Below are positions 13,463 through 25,248 of a DNA stretch of 64,000 nucleotides, piece by piece. The notes below the pieces were generated by a model, which saw nothing but the letters and a program-made list of their open reading frames with translations, had not been told where the DNA came from and did not search any database. Source of the stretch: Octopus sinensis (Eukaryota); NCBI RefSeq assembly GCF_006345805.1, contig NC_042998.1, forward strand, positions 22,444,001-22,508,000. The letters run 5' to 3'. Position 1 is the first letter of the stretch; each line of letters begins with the position of its first letter. The translations under genes and the position numbers were made by a program.

Positions 13463-14061
13463 TACCTTTTGACCTACAGATTAAAAAAATTTTTTTTTGT
13501 AACTAAAAACTTTCAAACTTCGGGAACTGGTAGAATGTGTCATATAAAACATCTTTTACTTTTAGCGCTTCGAGAAAAATTTATGTTTACGAAGTTATTT
13601 CACGTTAAAGTTGTCGTATTTCAGTAATTTCAACCAATCAATGACGTGTAATTCAGCAGTATAAAATTACTGCTGTTGTTTGTCAACAAGAACTTCCGGC
13701 GGTGTATATTTCGTTTTTGCCACTGTTATTTATGACAACCCTAACCCTAAAACCTTAAAACCAGTACAAACGCACGAACGATGTCATAAATAACAGTGAC
13801 GAACGAAAACTACACCGCCGATAGTTGTTGTTGACAAACAACGGCAGTAATTTTATTCAGCTGAATACACGTCACTGATTGGTTGAAATTACCGAAATAC
13901 GAGAACTTTAACATGAAATTACTTCGTAAATATAAGTTTTTCTCAAAAATGCTAAGAGTAAAAGATGTTTTGTATGATCATTCTACCAGTGTCCGAAGTT
14001 TGAAAGTGTTTAGTTACAAAAAAATTATTTCTTAAATCTGTAGGTCAAAAGGTAAAGATCC
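13463..14061. mobile_element. Long palindromic MITE with telomere-like repeats in the loop
   Basis: ~275-bp inverted arms (TACCTTTTGACCTACAGATT... / ...AATCTGTAGGTCAAAAGGTAAAGATCC). Centre ACCCTAACCCTAAAACC at 13738-13755. Confidence 0.85.
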
Positions 14062-14746
14062 TACCCAAGAAAACGTTGTTTACGAACCCACTATTGTTGA
14101 AATGAAGGTATGTGAGCTTGGTGCAAAGATGTTACGCTCACGGCCGTAAGGTCATCGTTTCGATTCCAGACCGCGTTCTTGATCAAAACATTGATTTCAC
14201 ATTGTTCTGCGATCGCTTTGACATCAGACAGGCGACATAATATGCACCTGAACAGGTAATGCCAATTTAATGAATTTAATGAAGGGAGTGATCTTGTATA
14301 GCACAAACATTTGTTCGCTATAAATAAATTATCTGCGCAGATTGTTCAGCAAGAATTTTCAAAATGCTCATCTGTCGTCTACAACAAGAAACTCCATAAA
14401 AAGCTACGGAAATTATATAACCTGAGATAATGCTGGTGCCATTTTTTTTGTCTGGTCATGAAGTTATTCGTATATAAAGACAATGTTGTCAAAACATACG
14501 GAGTTGGCTAGAATCTATCGAGATTATATTCTATAATACAATATAACAGTGAGATAAAACACTGTTGATGCACCAGTAATGTGTTTAAACAATCGCGAAA
14601 ACAATAGAAAAAGAAGCCTTGATCTCTCCAATATACTTTACCTATATCACATTGATATCGAGAAGTTATTCTCTTTGAAAGATAACGTGAAAAAAAAGGA
14701 ACTTGTTACGCACTTTTCTCGTCTTGGATTACTGTTTCTTGATTCG

Positions 14747-15057
14747 TATATATATATATATGTGTGTGTGAATATATACATATATACATACATACATATA
14801 TATATATATGTGTGTGTGAATATATACATATATACATACATACATACATATATATATATGTGTGTATTTATGTATGCATATATATATATGTGTGTGTGTG
14901 TATATATGCATATATATGTGTATTTATGTATGCATATATATATATATATGTGTGTATATATGCATATATGTGTATTTATGTATGCATATATATATATATA
15001 TATGTGCCTGTGTATATATGCATATGTATATGTATTTATGTAATCATATATACATAT

Positions 15058-15090
<33 letters not shown>

Positions 15091-15121
15091 TATGTATATA
15101 TATATATGCATATATATATGT

Positions 15122-15181
<60 letters not shown>
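14747..15181. repeat. TA/TG/TGCA microsatellite
   Basis: Seen directly. Confidence 0.9.
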
Positions 15182-15183
<2 letters not shown>

Positions 15184-15685
15184 AACGCACTTGAGATTTT
15201 ATTCACGATCTTTTTTTTCAATTTGTCAAGATATCCAGCAAGTATTATGAATGAATTTTGTTGAAAAGCTTCTAACTTTTGGCGGAAATATCATTTTTTT
15301 TTCTTGTTCTTTTTGTTTTGTGAATCTGTTCCTGCTTCGTGCAGAATGTTCGACAAAATGACTACCACGAAGATAAAAGAGACGACTCCGATCATAATGG
15401 TAACCGCCTCCGTTCTTCGGAGGAGAAGAAGAAGAATATTTTAGACAATCGTGAAAAAACAAAAAGGACAAAAGCACAAATGTATTACGCCAGGACAACA
15501 ATACAATAAACATAACAGAAAACAACACTTATGGACTTGCGCAATAGTACGTCTTTCAATAAAGATTACATAAAAACCAAAATGAAGGCGTCTATGTGGT
15601 CAATCAGTCTATTAGAAATAGCAACCAAATAACCTTTCCATTTAGACTCCCCACCACCACCACAGTTTGAAGCGGTATTGAACCT

Positions 15686-16110
15686 ACAGTTCTATATTTA
15701 AGAGATGAGGAATTATGTACATTATTTACAATTGACGGATATTTGTCCTCATCTTCTTTGTTGTTAACACAACGTTTCGGCTGATATACCCTCCACCCTT
15801 CATAAAGTATCTTGGGGAAATTTCGAACCTGGGTTCTCATTCCTAAGGTATTTTTCGACGTTATTATTATTGTTATTATTCAGGTCATAATAATAATAAT
15901 AATTATTATTATTATGATAATAATAATAACAACAACAACAATAACAATAATAACAACAACAACAACATCGAAAAATATCTTGGGAATGAGAACCCAGGTT
16001 CGAAATTTCCCCAAGACACCTGATGAAGGCTGGAGAGTATATCAGCCGAAACGTGTTAACAACAAGCAAGATGAGGATAAATATCTGTCAAATGTAAATA
16101 ATGTAAATAA
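15686..16110. mobile_element. Two Penelope-like terminal repeats in inverted orientation around (ATT)n/(AAT)n
   Basis: 15718-15870 is the reverse complement of 15960-16105 (GGAATGAGAACCCAGGTTCGAAATTTCCCCAAGA...CAGCCGAAACG). The hammerhead motif is inside. Confidence 0.7.
16015..16057 (+). ncRNA. Minimal type I hammerhead ribozyme motif (2-nt deletion at the cleavage site)
   Basis: GACAC CUGAUGA A GGCUG-loop-CAGCC GAAAC GUGUU. The sister copy shows GAAACGUU GUGUU. Confidence 0.55.
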
Positions 16111-16668
16111 TGAACCTGTTGGATAATACACTACTATACACTACTAAATAGATGGATTTATTATTGATGAAATACGTGTAATGCAGGACCGGATTAAGAC
16201 CAATAGAACCCTTAAGCACTTAAAAGATTTTGGTGTCATTTTGCATGTGTAATTCAAAATTTTAATAATAATAAACCATAAGATAAATTTATATTTTTCA
16301 AAATGAAACAAAACTAACGGTAAGATAGGAAGTAAGGCTTATTTTTATATATTTCCATTTTATTCATATTTGAAAAGTTTTGTCTTTGGTCAGACACCCA
16401 AAATTTATCTTACGTAACACATCTGCATTTATACTTAGTAGAAATTAGACATCCAGCCTCAGTGCATAGTTGTTCTGGTGGGATTCTTAATATACTTCAA
16501 CCAGGGACTTGCCTCTTTGGTAGGCATGGTAGGCAGTGCCTACCCTGAATGAAATAGATCGATAGTAATATTTTCTTTTCATGGTAAAATATGCACCTAA
16601 TTCAATAAAATTATGAAAGTTACTCTGATTATTATGCATAAAATGCAATATATATGTGTGTGTGTGTG

Positions 16669-16853
16669 TGTGACTGCGTGTCCCCTTCCGTCTTCCCTTC
16701 CTTGGATCTTTCCTTTTTCTATGTTTCTGACGAAGAGCTTCGCTCGAAACGTTAAATCCTCCTTCTTTCTTTCCTGAGCATCCAATAACACTATACTTGT
16801 TCCACGTCTTCGCGTTGTTGTGTTTTCTCTGTGTTTTCATGTTTGAATTAACT
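16669..16853 (+). mobile_element. Penelope-like terminal repeat
   Basis: Same family as 9875-10086 and 62135-62271. Ends TTAAC followed by (TA)n. Confidence 0.65.
16723..16757 (+). ncRNA. Minimal type I hammerhead ribozyme motif
   Basis: GUUU CUGACGA A GAGC uuc GCUC GAAA CGUU AAAU: core boxes, stem II, palindromic ACGU stem III and a short stem I. Confidence 0.6.
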
Positions 16854-17729
16854 ATATATATTGTAGATTATGTAGGCATAATTTGCCCCAGCCTTTCAAA
16901 TCTCAGTATTAAAACTACGTACAGTACTGATGCAGTACACATGCTGCGTACATTCAACAACATTTTCTTTACGCGCTACAAAGGCAGAAATAAATCTGTC
17001 ACGCCTGTGTTTCGTTTATTTTTTTAATGAATTTCACATAAACGTCACCCGCTGCCTACTTTGAATACTTACTCACTGCACGTGCTTCATTTCAACAGAT
17101 AAAATAAACGCCAAGTTGAGTAATTTGTGACCATTAACATTAAAAATGCACGAAAGGCAATGTCTCCGCGTGGAAGAGTACACTCAATAATGTTTATTTT
17201 AACAAGATAAAATTACATAAAAGCCAAAATGAAGGCGTCTATGTGGTCAATCAGTCTATTAGAAATAGAAACTAAATAAACTTTTCATTTAGACCCCCAC
17301 CACCACAGTTTGAAGCAATAATGAGCTTACAGTTCTATATTTAAGAGATGAGGAATTAAGTACATTGTTTACATTTGACGGATATTTCTTTTTTGCCGTA
17401 AACCATTTACCATTACTGTGGTGGTCGCCACTTCTTTTGATTTCCTAAGTACGTGCATATTTTTCTAAATGGTTAATCCAACACTGGTTTAATCACAGTT
17501 TTGGTTATCAAAGTTAATCTGGGAATAAATAACAACGAAGTCGATAGTGTCTCGATAAAGCAGAAGATAATACTTGAAACTCACAATCGAAGACAACTGA
17601 GGCGTAACAATCAAAAGCATAATGAAAAACAACAGAAACGAAAATGTACATCATGTGATGTAATAAATAAATAAATAAACATTTTTTAATTCAAATTTTC
17701 TCGTATAATTAGATTTATAATTAATAGTA

Positions 17730-17939
17730 TTAAATTTTGGTACAAGGCCAACAATTTTGTAGGGAGGGGAAAAACAATTACATCGATCCCAGTGCGCAAC
17801 TGGTACATATTTTATCGACCCCGAAAGGATGAAAAGCAAAGTCGACTTCGACGGAATTTTAACTCAGATCGTAAGGACGGACCAAAAGCTGCTAAGCATT
17901 TCGCCTGGCGTGCTAACGATTCTGCCAGCCTACCGCCTT
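17730..17939 (-). mobile_element. Older SINE A variant
   Basis: Reverse complement of the SINE A head and body with the old-type tail. Confidence 0.8.
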
Positions 17940-18324
17940 GGGAATTATAAATAATATGATGTAATGAGAATCATACAATACAATGAGAAGCATACAGTCT
18001 CTCTTGTGAGATTAAAGGTTATTATAACGTCGTGGTCGATATGTTATAAAATTACGAACAAGACAGAGCGGAGAAATATTCTTTCTGTAAACAAACCTCT
18101 CTCTGATTTGTGTGTGTGTGTGTGTGTGCGCGCGTATATATTTGTGTGTCTGAGTTTGTCCCCTCAACATCGTTTGACCACCGATGCTGGTGTGTTTACG
18201 TTCCCGTAACTTAGCGATGGAATAAGTACTAGGCTTACAAAGAATAAGTCCTTGGATCGATTTGCTCGACTAAAGGCGATGCACCAGCATGGTCGCAGTC
18301 AAATAATTGAAACAAGTAAAAAGA

Positions 18325-18362
<38 letters not shown>

Positions 18363-18421
18363 GGGATACTTACTCATACCCATGGGTATGAGTAAGTATC
18401 TCATTTACTTCTTTGCCACAT

Positions 18422-18477
18422 GTATCACTGACGAAGGGAGGGTTCTTTTTGAACTAACCCTGAAATCGGTCCGATAT
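18422..18477 (+). ncRNA. Type I hammerhead ribozyme motif with GUC cleavage triplet
   Basis: GUAUCA CUGACGA AGGG ag GGUUC uuuuu GAACU aa CCCU GAAA UCGG UC CGAUAU. Confidence 0.65.
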
Positions 18478-18630
18478 AGTAATAATGAAAATTTTAGAAA
18501 TTTCTGTCGGCCTTTTTTCGAGTAGCGTGCGTGCTGGGAAAAAATTATATGGTAAATGGACAATATGTCCAATTTTTCGGCATATTTGGCATTAGAAATT
18601 TTTCGTTTGCCCTTATTTGTAAGTTGTATG

Positions 18631-18684
<54 letters not shown>

Positions 18685-18685
18685 G

Positions 18686-19010
18686 CGAGCACTCCGTCGG
18701 TTATGACGACGAGGGTCCCAGCTGATATGATCAACGAAACAGCCTGCTCGTAAAATTAACGTGTAAGTGACTGAGCAATCCATAGACACGCGTACCGATA
18801 ACGTAGTTCTCAGGGAAATTCAGTGTGTCACAGAGTGTGACAAGGCCGGCCCTTTGAAATACAGGTACTACTCATTTTTGTCAGCTGAGTGGACTGGAGC
18901 AACGTGAAATAAAGTGCCTTACCCAAGGACACAACGCGTCGCCGGGAATCGAACTCACGATCTTGCAATCGTGAGCCGAATGCCCTAACCACTAAGCCAT
19001 GCGCCTTCAC
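18686..19010 (-). mobile_element. SINE C-related CORE-type SINE
   Basis: Minus-strand head GTGAAGGCGCATGGCTTAGTGGTTAGGGCATTCGGC, CORE-like TTGTGTCCTTGGGTAAGGCACTT, and the same tail as 8013-8400. Confidence 0.85.
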
Positions 19011-19023
19011 GCGTATATATATA

Positions 19024-19056
<33 letters not shown>

Positions 19057-19729
19057 GCACACTAACCTATGTTTCCAATTATACGTATGTATACGCTCAA
19101 CAAAGACAATATGTCGATCAGTTTGTCGTGTCGTTATTTTAAAACGTGTGAACATCATTATTTTCTTTACAACTATAAATGTCAAAAATGTGAAAATCCT
19201 ATTCAAACAACAAAATATATTATCTTTTTTATTTGAAACTGTTTACAGTTTTAAGTGTTTCAAAACAAAACGAAACAAAACGGGCTATGAACAACTGTTT
19301 ATAATTGCATGTTTGTACTTAAGTTTTAACTCTTAATTAAATATTTATAAAACTTAGTTTGGCTAAAACAGTTAGACACTCTTAAAGAAAATTAAAAGGC
19401 AGGTATTTCCGTCCATGTACCGAAGTAAAGTAAATTTTCTTTACAATATTTGATTAAACACCCAATAATTATTTGTTCTACTTTGGTCTCTAACAATATA
19501 TACCGGAGTATTACCGTAGGGTAAGTCGAAAAGTAAAATTTAGTTGTGTTTAACCTAATTCTAGAAAGCAGATATTGTTGCTGTTGTTGTTGTTGTTTCC
19601 TAACGCTAGGCGAACTCAGATCCACCAGACGTATATTCTAAGGTGTTCTTCAGTTCCTCGTTTTGTTCTTTTAGAGTTGTCTTGGATAAATCTTATGTCT
19701 ACCTGTTCCACTGTCTTTTAACACTATTA

Positions 19730-20118
19730 CACTTTTACATGTTTCAGTCATTTGACCGTGGCCATGCTGGAGCACCGCCTTTAGTCGAGCAAATCGACCC
19801 CAGGACTTATTCTTTGTAAGCCAAGTACTTATTCTATTGGTGTCTTTTGCCGAACCGCTAAGTTACGGGGAGGTAAACACACCAGCATCGGTTGTCAAGC
19901 GATGTTGGAGGGGGGACAAACACAGACACACAAACATATACACACACACTCATACATGCATATATACGACGAGCTTCTTTCAGTTTCCATTTACTAAATC
20001 CACTCACAAGGCTTTGGTCGGCCCGGGGCTATAGTAGAAGACACTTGCCCAAGGTGCCACGCAATGAGTCTAAACCCGGAACCATGTGGTTCGTAAGCAA
20101 GCTACTTACCACACAGCC
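19730..20118 (-). mobile_element. SINE B copy
   Basis: Reverse complement of the SINE B consensus. Confidence 0.88.
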
Positions 20119-20339
20119 AAGGAGTTTTAGTTGCTATTACTTGCAGACTAAATGCCCCATGTAGAACGCTCTCCTCTGCACACCCCGAACATACAAATAC
20201 ACATACTTACGCACACACATATACAGACAACGTGCACAACCACGCGTGCTCACACACACATACATACACAGGTATGTATATGCATATACACCACAGTTGT
20301 GATTGTACTTCAGGTAAAGCAAAAGTGGGTATAACTATA

Positions 20340-21770
20340 AAAATAACCATTTTATTAACCAAAACACGTCGTTCAATCTGCAAAGATTAGTGGAGTTACT
20401 CTTTCTCTGTGCAAAAGTACAACTCCTCAACACAGTCTCCATCGTAACCCATGCATTTGTGCCATCGCTGAACCCAACTCAAGAATTCTCTTTAAAAAAG
20501 TTAAATGTGTGCACTGTTGTATCCATTTCTCCCCTGCCACTTTAATCTCGTCTGTGCCATCAAATCTTCGTCTCAGAAGACTATTTGTCAGGAACCAAGC
20601 AGATGGAAGCTGGAGAACTCCAGATCTGGGCTGTGCAGTGGATAGAAGACCACATGCCAAACTCAGTTATTCGATTGACTGACTTCTAGCCCAAGATGAG
20701 TGTGGTCGAACATTGTTATGATAAAATAGGATCGTTTTCATATCCTTGTTCGGTTTCTTTCTCTTGATGGTTTCATTAAATTTATTGAATGTCTCAATGT
20801 ACCGTGCGCTGTTCATTGTACATTGAAGTTCCAGAAAATCAAAGAAAATGATGCCGTCCCCATCCAGAAAGATAGTTACTATGACGTTCTGTGTCTTTCA
20901 CCTTTCCAGGTGCTGATACAAGAAAATGATGCTGTTCCCGTCCAAAAAGATAGTTACAATGACTTTCTGTGTCTTTCACTTTTCCAGGTGCTGATACGTT
21001 CCTAAAAATCAAAGGGAATGACATCCTTATCACCATAAACTGCATTTAACATAATTTTTGTGACGATCATTAGCTCTTGAACATCTTACACCTTGGAGAA
21101 GAGATGTTATGTCATTCCATGAACTGAGTTTCGTTTCATTATCATAGGATTATGGTCATATTTCATTTTCTATCATGAGATCGGAAAAAATAACGTGTTT
21201 CTGTTGGCTTCAAACACTTCCTGTATAGCAGAGCAGACTGCCATATTACTCTCCTATAAATCTAAGTTGCTGTGGTAACCACTTTGTACATAATTTCCAA
21301 TATCCAGAGACTTTTGCCATCTTCTGTAATACATTGTGGCCAAATTTTCGTCGTGTAACCAGCTCGCGGATTGTGACTTAGACAATGCGAATTAATTCAT
21401 TCACACGCTGGCGATTAATGTTAGCGATTGCAGTTGATGGCCTCCAACTGCTTTGTTAATCTTGAATATTTCTCCTCCTTTAAACTTTTTCATTCATCTG
21501 TGCATATTTCTTTTGTCAATGGCATCGCCTCCATAAGCAGCCTATAACCTATGGTTATCCAACGGCTTTTACTCCTCTTTGGTTAAGAATTCGATAACGC
21601 CACGTTGCTTCTGCTCGGAGCGATTATTTGCCAGCAATGGAAAAATGGAACAGGTAAAAGAGTTAATTTGAAAGTAATGATACTCAACTACATGTGCAAT
21701 TTGAACGAACCGCATCAGTTAATAAAAAAGTGATACCCATTTTGACATTACTTTCACTACGGCCCTCTTG
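20340..21770 (-). pseudogene. Heavily decayed mariner transposon
   Basis: Minus-strand fragments KQRGVIEFLTKE, HRL*AAYGGDAID, KLCTKWLP (WVP motif), KVIVTIF, LHSPDLEFSSFHL (YSPDL motif), FDGTDEIKVAGEKWI and QRWHKCMGYDGDCVE. TIR-like CAAGAGGGCCGTAGTGAAAGTAATG at 21746-21770. Confidence 0.8.
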
Positions 21771-22659
21771 TCTGCGTGAGTGCGTATGTTTTTTGTATGA
21801 ACTACATCTGTTAGAAATATCATACATGTGCGGTAGTGATATTGGCTTCAAATTTTAACACAAGACCATTTGTTTCAAGGGTGGGGGGGGGTAAGTCGAT
21901 TAAATCAATCCAACTGCTCAGCTGGTACTTATTTTATCGACTCCGAAAGGATGAAATGCAAAGTCGACTCCGGTGACATTTGAAATCAGAGCGCAAAGTT
22001 GGAAGAAATGCTTGCTAAGCATTTTGCCCTTCACGGTAACTGTTTTGTCAGCCCGCCGCCATCAACGACTCTTTAATATAACAATTTCAGAAACGCGGTG
22101 ACTTGCAGAATGATTTTGCCTTTCACCCTTTCGGGGTTGGTAAAACAGGTAGCAGTTGAACATTAGGGGTCGATTTAATCGTCTTACCACCTCCTCAGAA
22201 TGCTTCCAAAATTTGAAACTAATATTAAGGGTTCGTTATTTTCTCAGCACAATTGTACCCCACAAATGCTTAGGTACTTACAATTCAGAATTGTGTAAAA
22301 AAAAATATTAAGTTGGCTCGATTTAAATTCTCCCTAACCGGTTTCCTCTCTACTTTTAATCGCATTAAAAGAAAACCGTCCATGGAAATGTGATTATCCT
22401 TAAACGATGAACGTAAATAATGTTTCACTTTATCTTATATGAATCATGTCTTTCAAACATCCATATAAATGTATTCATGCTAGAAGATTTACTCTAGCGT
22501 ACTGCGAGAACTATCATAAAAGTAATATCTCTTCACCAAGTACTACAGCAAATGCATGTCAATCTTTACTACATATATCAATACCTCTTCTCTTTTTTTG
22601 CAAAGTTATATTGCTTCAGGCTAGAAATAGAAATTAATAGCTCTATGCCTGTATGTATA

Positions 22660-22872
22660 ACACATACACACACACATACACACACACACACATATATATA
22701 ATATATATATTATATATATAATATATTATAATACAATATAACATTATATATATAATGTGTATATATATATATATATAATGTAATATAATATATTATATTA
22801 TAATACAATATAACATTATATATATAATATATATATATATATAATGTAATATAATATATTATATTATATATA

Positions 22873-22918
<46 letters not shown>

Positions 22919-23105
22919 GTAATATAATATATTATATTATAATACAATATAACATTATATATATAATGTGTATATATATATATATATAATGTAATATAAT
23001 ATATTATATTATATATATAATATAATATATATATTATATTATATATATATAATATAATATATATATAATATAATATATTATATTATATATAATACAATAT
23101 AACAT

Positions 23106-23142
<37 letters not shown>

Positions 23143-23179
23143 ATGTAATATAATATATTATATTATAATACAATATAAC

Positions 23180-23217
<38 letters not shown>

Positions 23218-23340
23218 GTAATATATATATTATATTATAATACAATATAACATTATATATATATAATATATATATTATATATATATATATTTAAAGATTT
23301 AATGGTATTAACGAAATTATATATATATATCTTTATATAT
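22660..23340. repeat. AT-only minisatellite/microsatellite
   Basis: Unit TAATGTAATATAATATATTATATTATAATACAATATAACATTA repeated with variable (TA)n. Confidence 0.92.
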
Positions 23341-23667
23341 GTAATGGTATTAACGAAACATATAGCTGAAAAATATTCACATCATGGAATAATGTTCCTT
23401 CTACCCTGTCACATCAAAGACCATAATTATTGAAAGTTTCAAAAAATATATGAAGAAATGAATATACAAACAAATAAATAGATAAATATGAAAGAAAAAG
23501 GAGGATGGTTAAAACAAGGAAGAAAAGAGATGCTGATATTTAGATCCCATATTTTTTAGTAACTTAAAAATAAGATTGTTAGAGTCGTTGACTGCACAGA
23601 CAATAGATATGAGATTTTGTAAACGTTTGATGCACTCCTTGTATAAGTAACCTAACGGTTCGTTTCT

Positions 23668-23705
23668 TACATATACATATGCACACACACCTGTATGTAT
23701 ATATA

Positions 23706-23757
<52 letters not shown>

Positions 23758-24087
23758 AGCACACACATATACATACGTATGCACATACACATACATGCAT
23801 ACACATACATACATACATGCATACACATACATACATGCACACACATACACACACACATGCATACACACACACATGCATACACATACATGCATGCATACAC
23901 ATACATGCATGCATACACATACATGCATGCATACACATACATGCATACACACACACATACATACATACATACATGCATACACACACACACACATGCATAC
24001 ACACACACACACACACACACATACCCACACACACATACCCACACACACATACACACACACACATACATACATTCACTCACACACATA
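23668..24087. repeat. CA/TA/TGCA microsatellite
   Basis: Seen directly. Confidence 0.92.
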
Positions 24088-25248
24088 TCTAATGTGGAAT
24101 TAAATCTGACAATCTGAGCTTCAATGCCGAAGGAAACAAAAATGTATAATTTACTAAATACATCAAGGTTTATATATTTTACTTGTTTTGTATTTCTTTA
24201 CCTATCTTTTTTTCTCCATATTCTTCAGTTTTCATCATTAAAATTTATGTTCAAGGAATTTTATCTTATGCTAGGATTATCTCTTGAATAATCTCATACT
24301 TATCAGAAGTTATACCCATTTCTACTCTTTTGTTCCAAAATATGCTAAGAAAAAAATCCTTAATTGTAGTATTAATTTATTGTTTTTTATGGCGTAGGAA
24401 CAAAAGATTAAAATTTTGAGGGAAGTGTACAATCGAATGGATCGAATTCCGTACTCTGCTGCAATGTATAATCCTCGACACTGGAGACCCTCGAGTTAAG
24501 TGGAGTCTGCTAGGGTTTGAACTCACTGTCGTAAAGGGATATGACAAAGCATTTTATCTAACACTGTCCGACCGTCTCATCTCTCTTCTCCCCTTGCTGC
24601 TCGTGTAACAAGGGACAAAGCTGGACCTCAGCATATTCTATCACTACTGTAGTCTTTCTGCTTCTGTCCCATCAAGTCGCCTATAAAAGGGGGATAGCAT
24701 CAGATCTGTTCATATCCAATATACTTTATCATCACCGCTTACCGCAGTGCTAGACGTTGCTCCCTTCCCTTAGCTCTTGGTTATTGACGTTCAAAGCTCG
24801 TTCTTACTGTCAACAATTTCTATTCCTTTTCTTTCCCAGATGCAAACATCTAAATGTTTTTACTGTTTCTTTCCATCAATCTGTTTTCGGTATTAATTTT
24901 CTACAGACACAAAGAAGAGAAATTGCTGGAAATTGTAACATTCAAATCAATTGCATTGAAATTAAAAGTGAATTAAATTACACAGGTGAATTGCGATAGA
25001 TTTTACAAAGAATCGAAAGTAGCACACAAGACAAGCTTACTAATGGAGTAATAAAAGAGTAGATGTCGGAATGTGATGTGTAACATCGTTTCAGTGTCAA
25101 ACTCTGTTTTCCTTTTTATTTCGTTTCTTGTGAATCTCTTTCATTTTGTGTCTCTTCTTCTCTCTGTGCCTCACACTGATTCTATATATTCCACGCTTTC
25201 ACACACACATTTTATCTCTCATTTTTCTTATATGACACTGTATACTCA

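Noticed and set aside
19892-20164. Recurrent ORF 'RRASFSFRLPNPLTRLWSARGYSRRHLPKVP'
   Set aside because: It is the antisense translation of SINE B.
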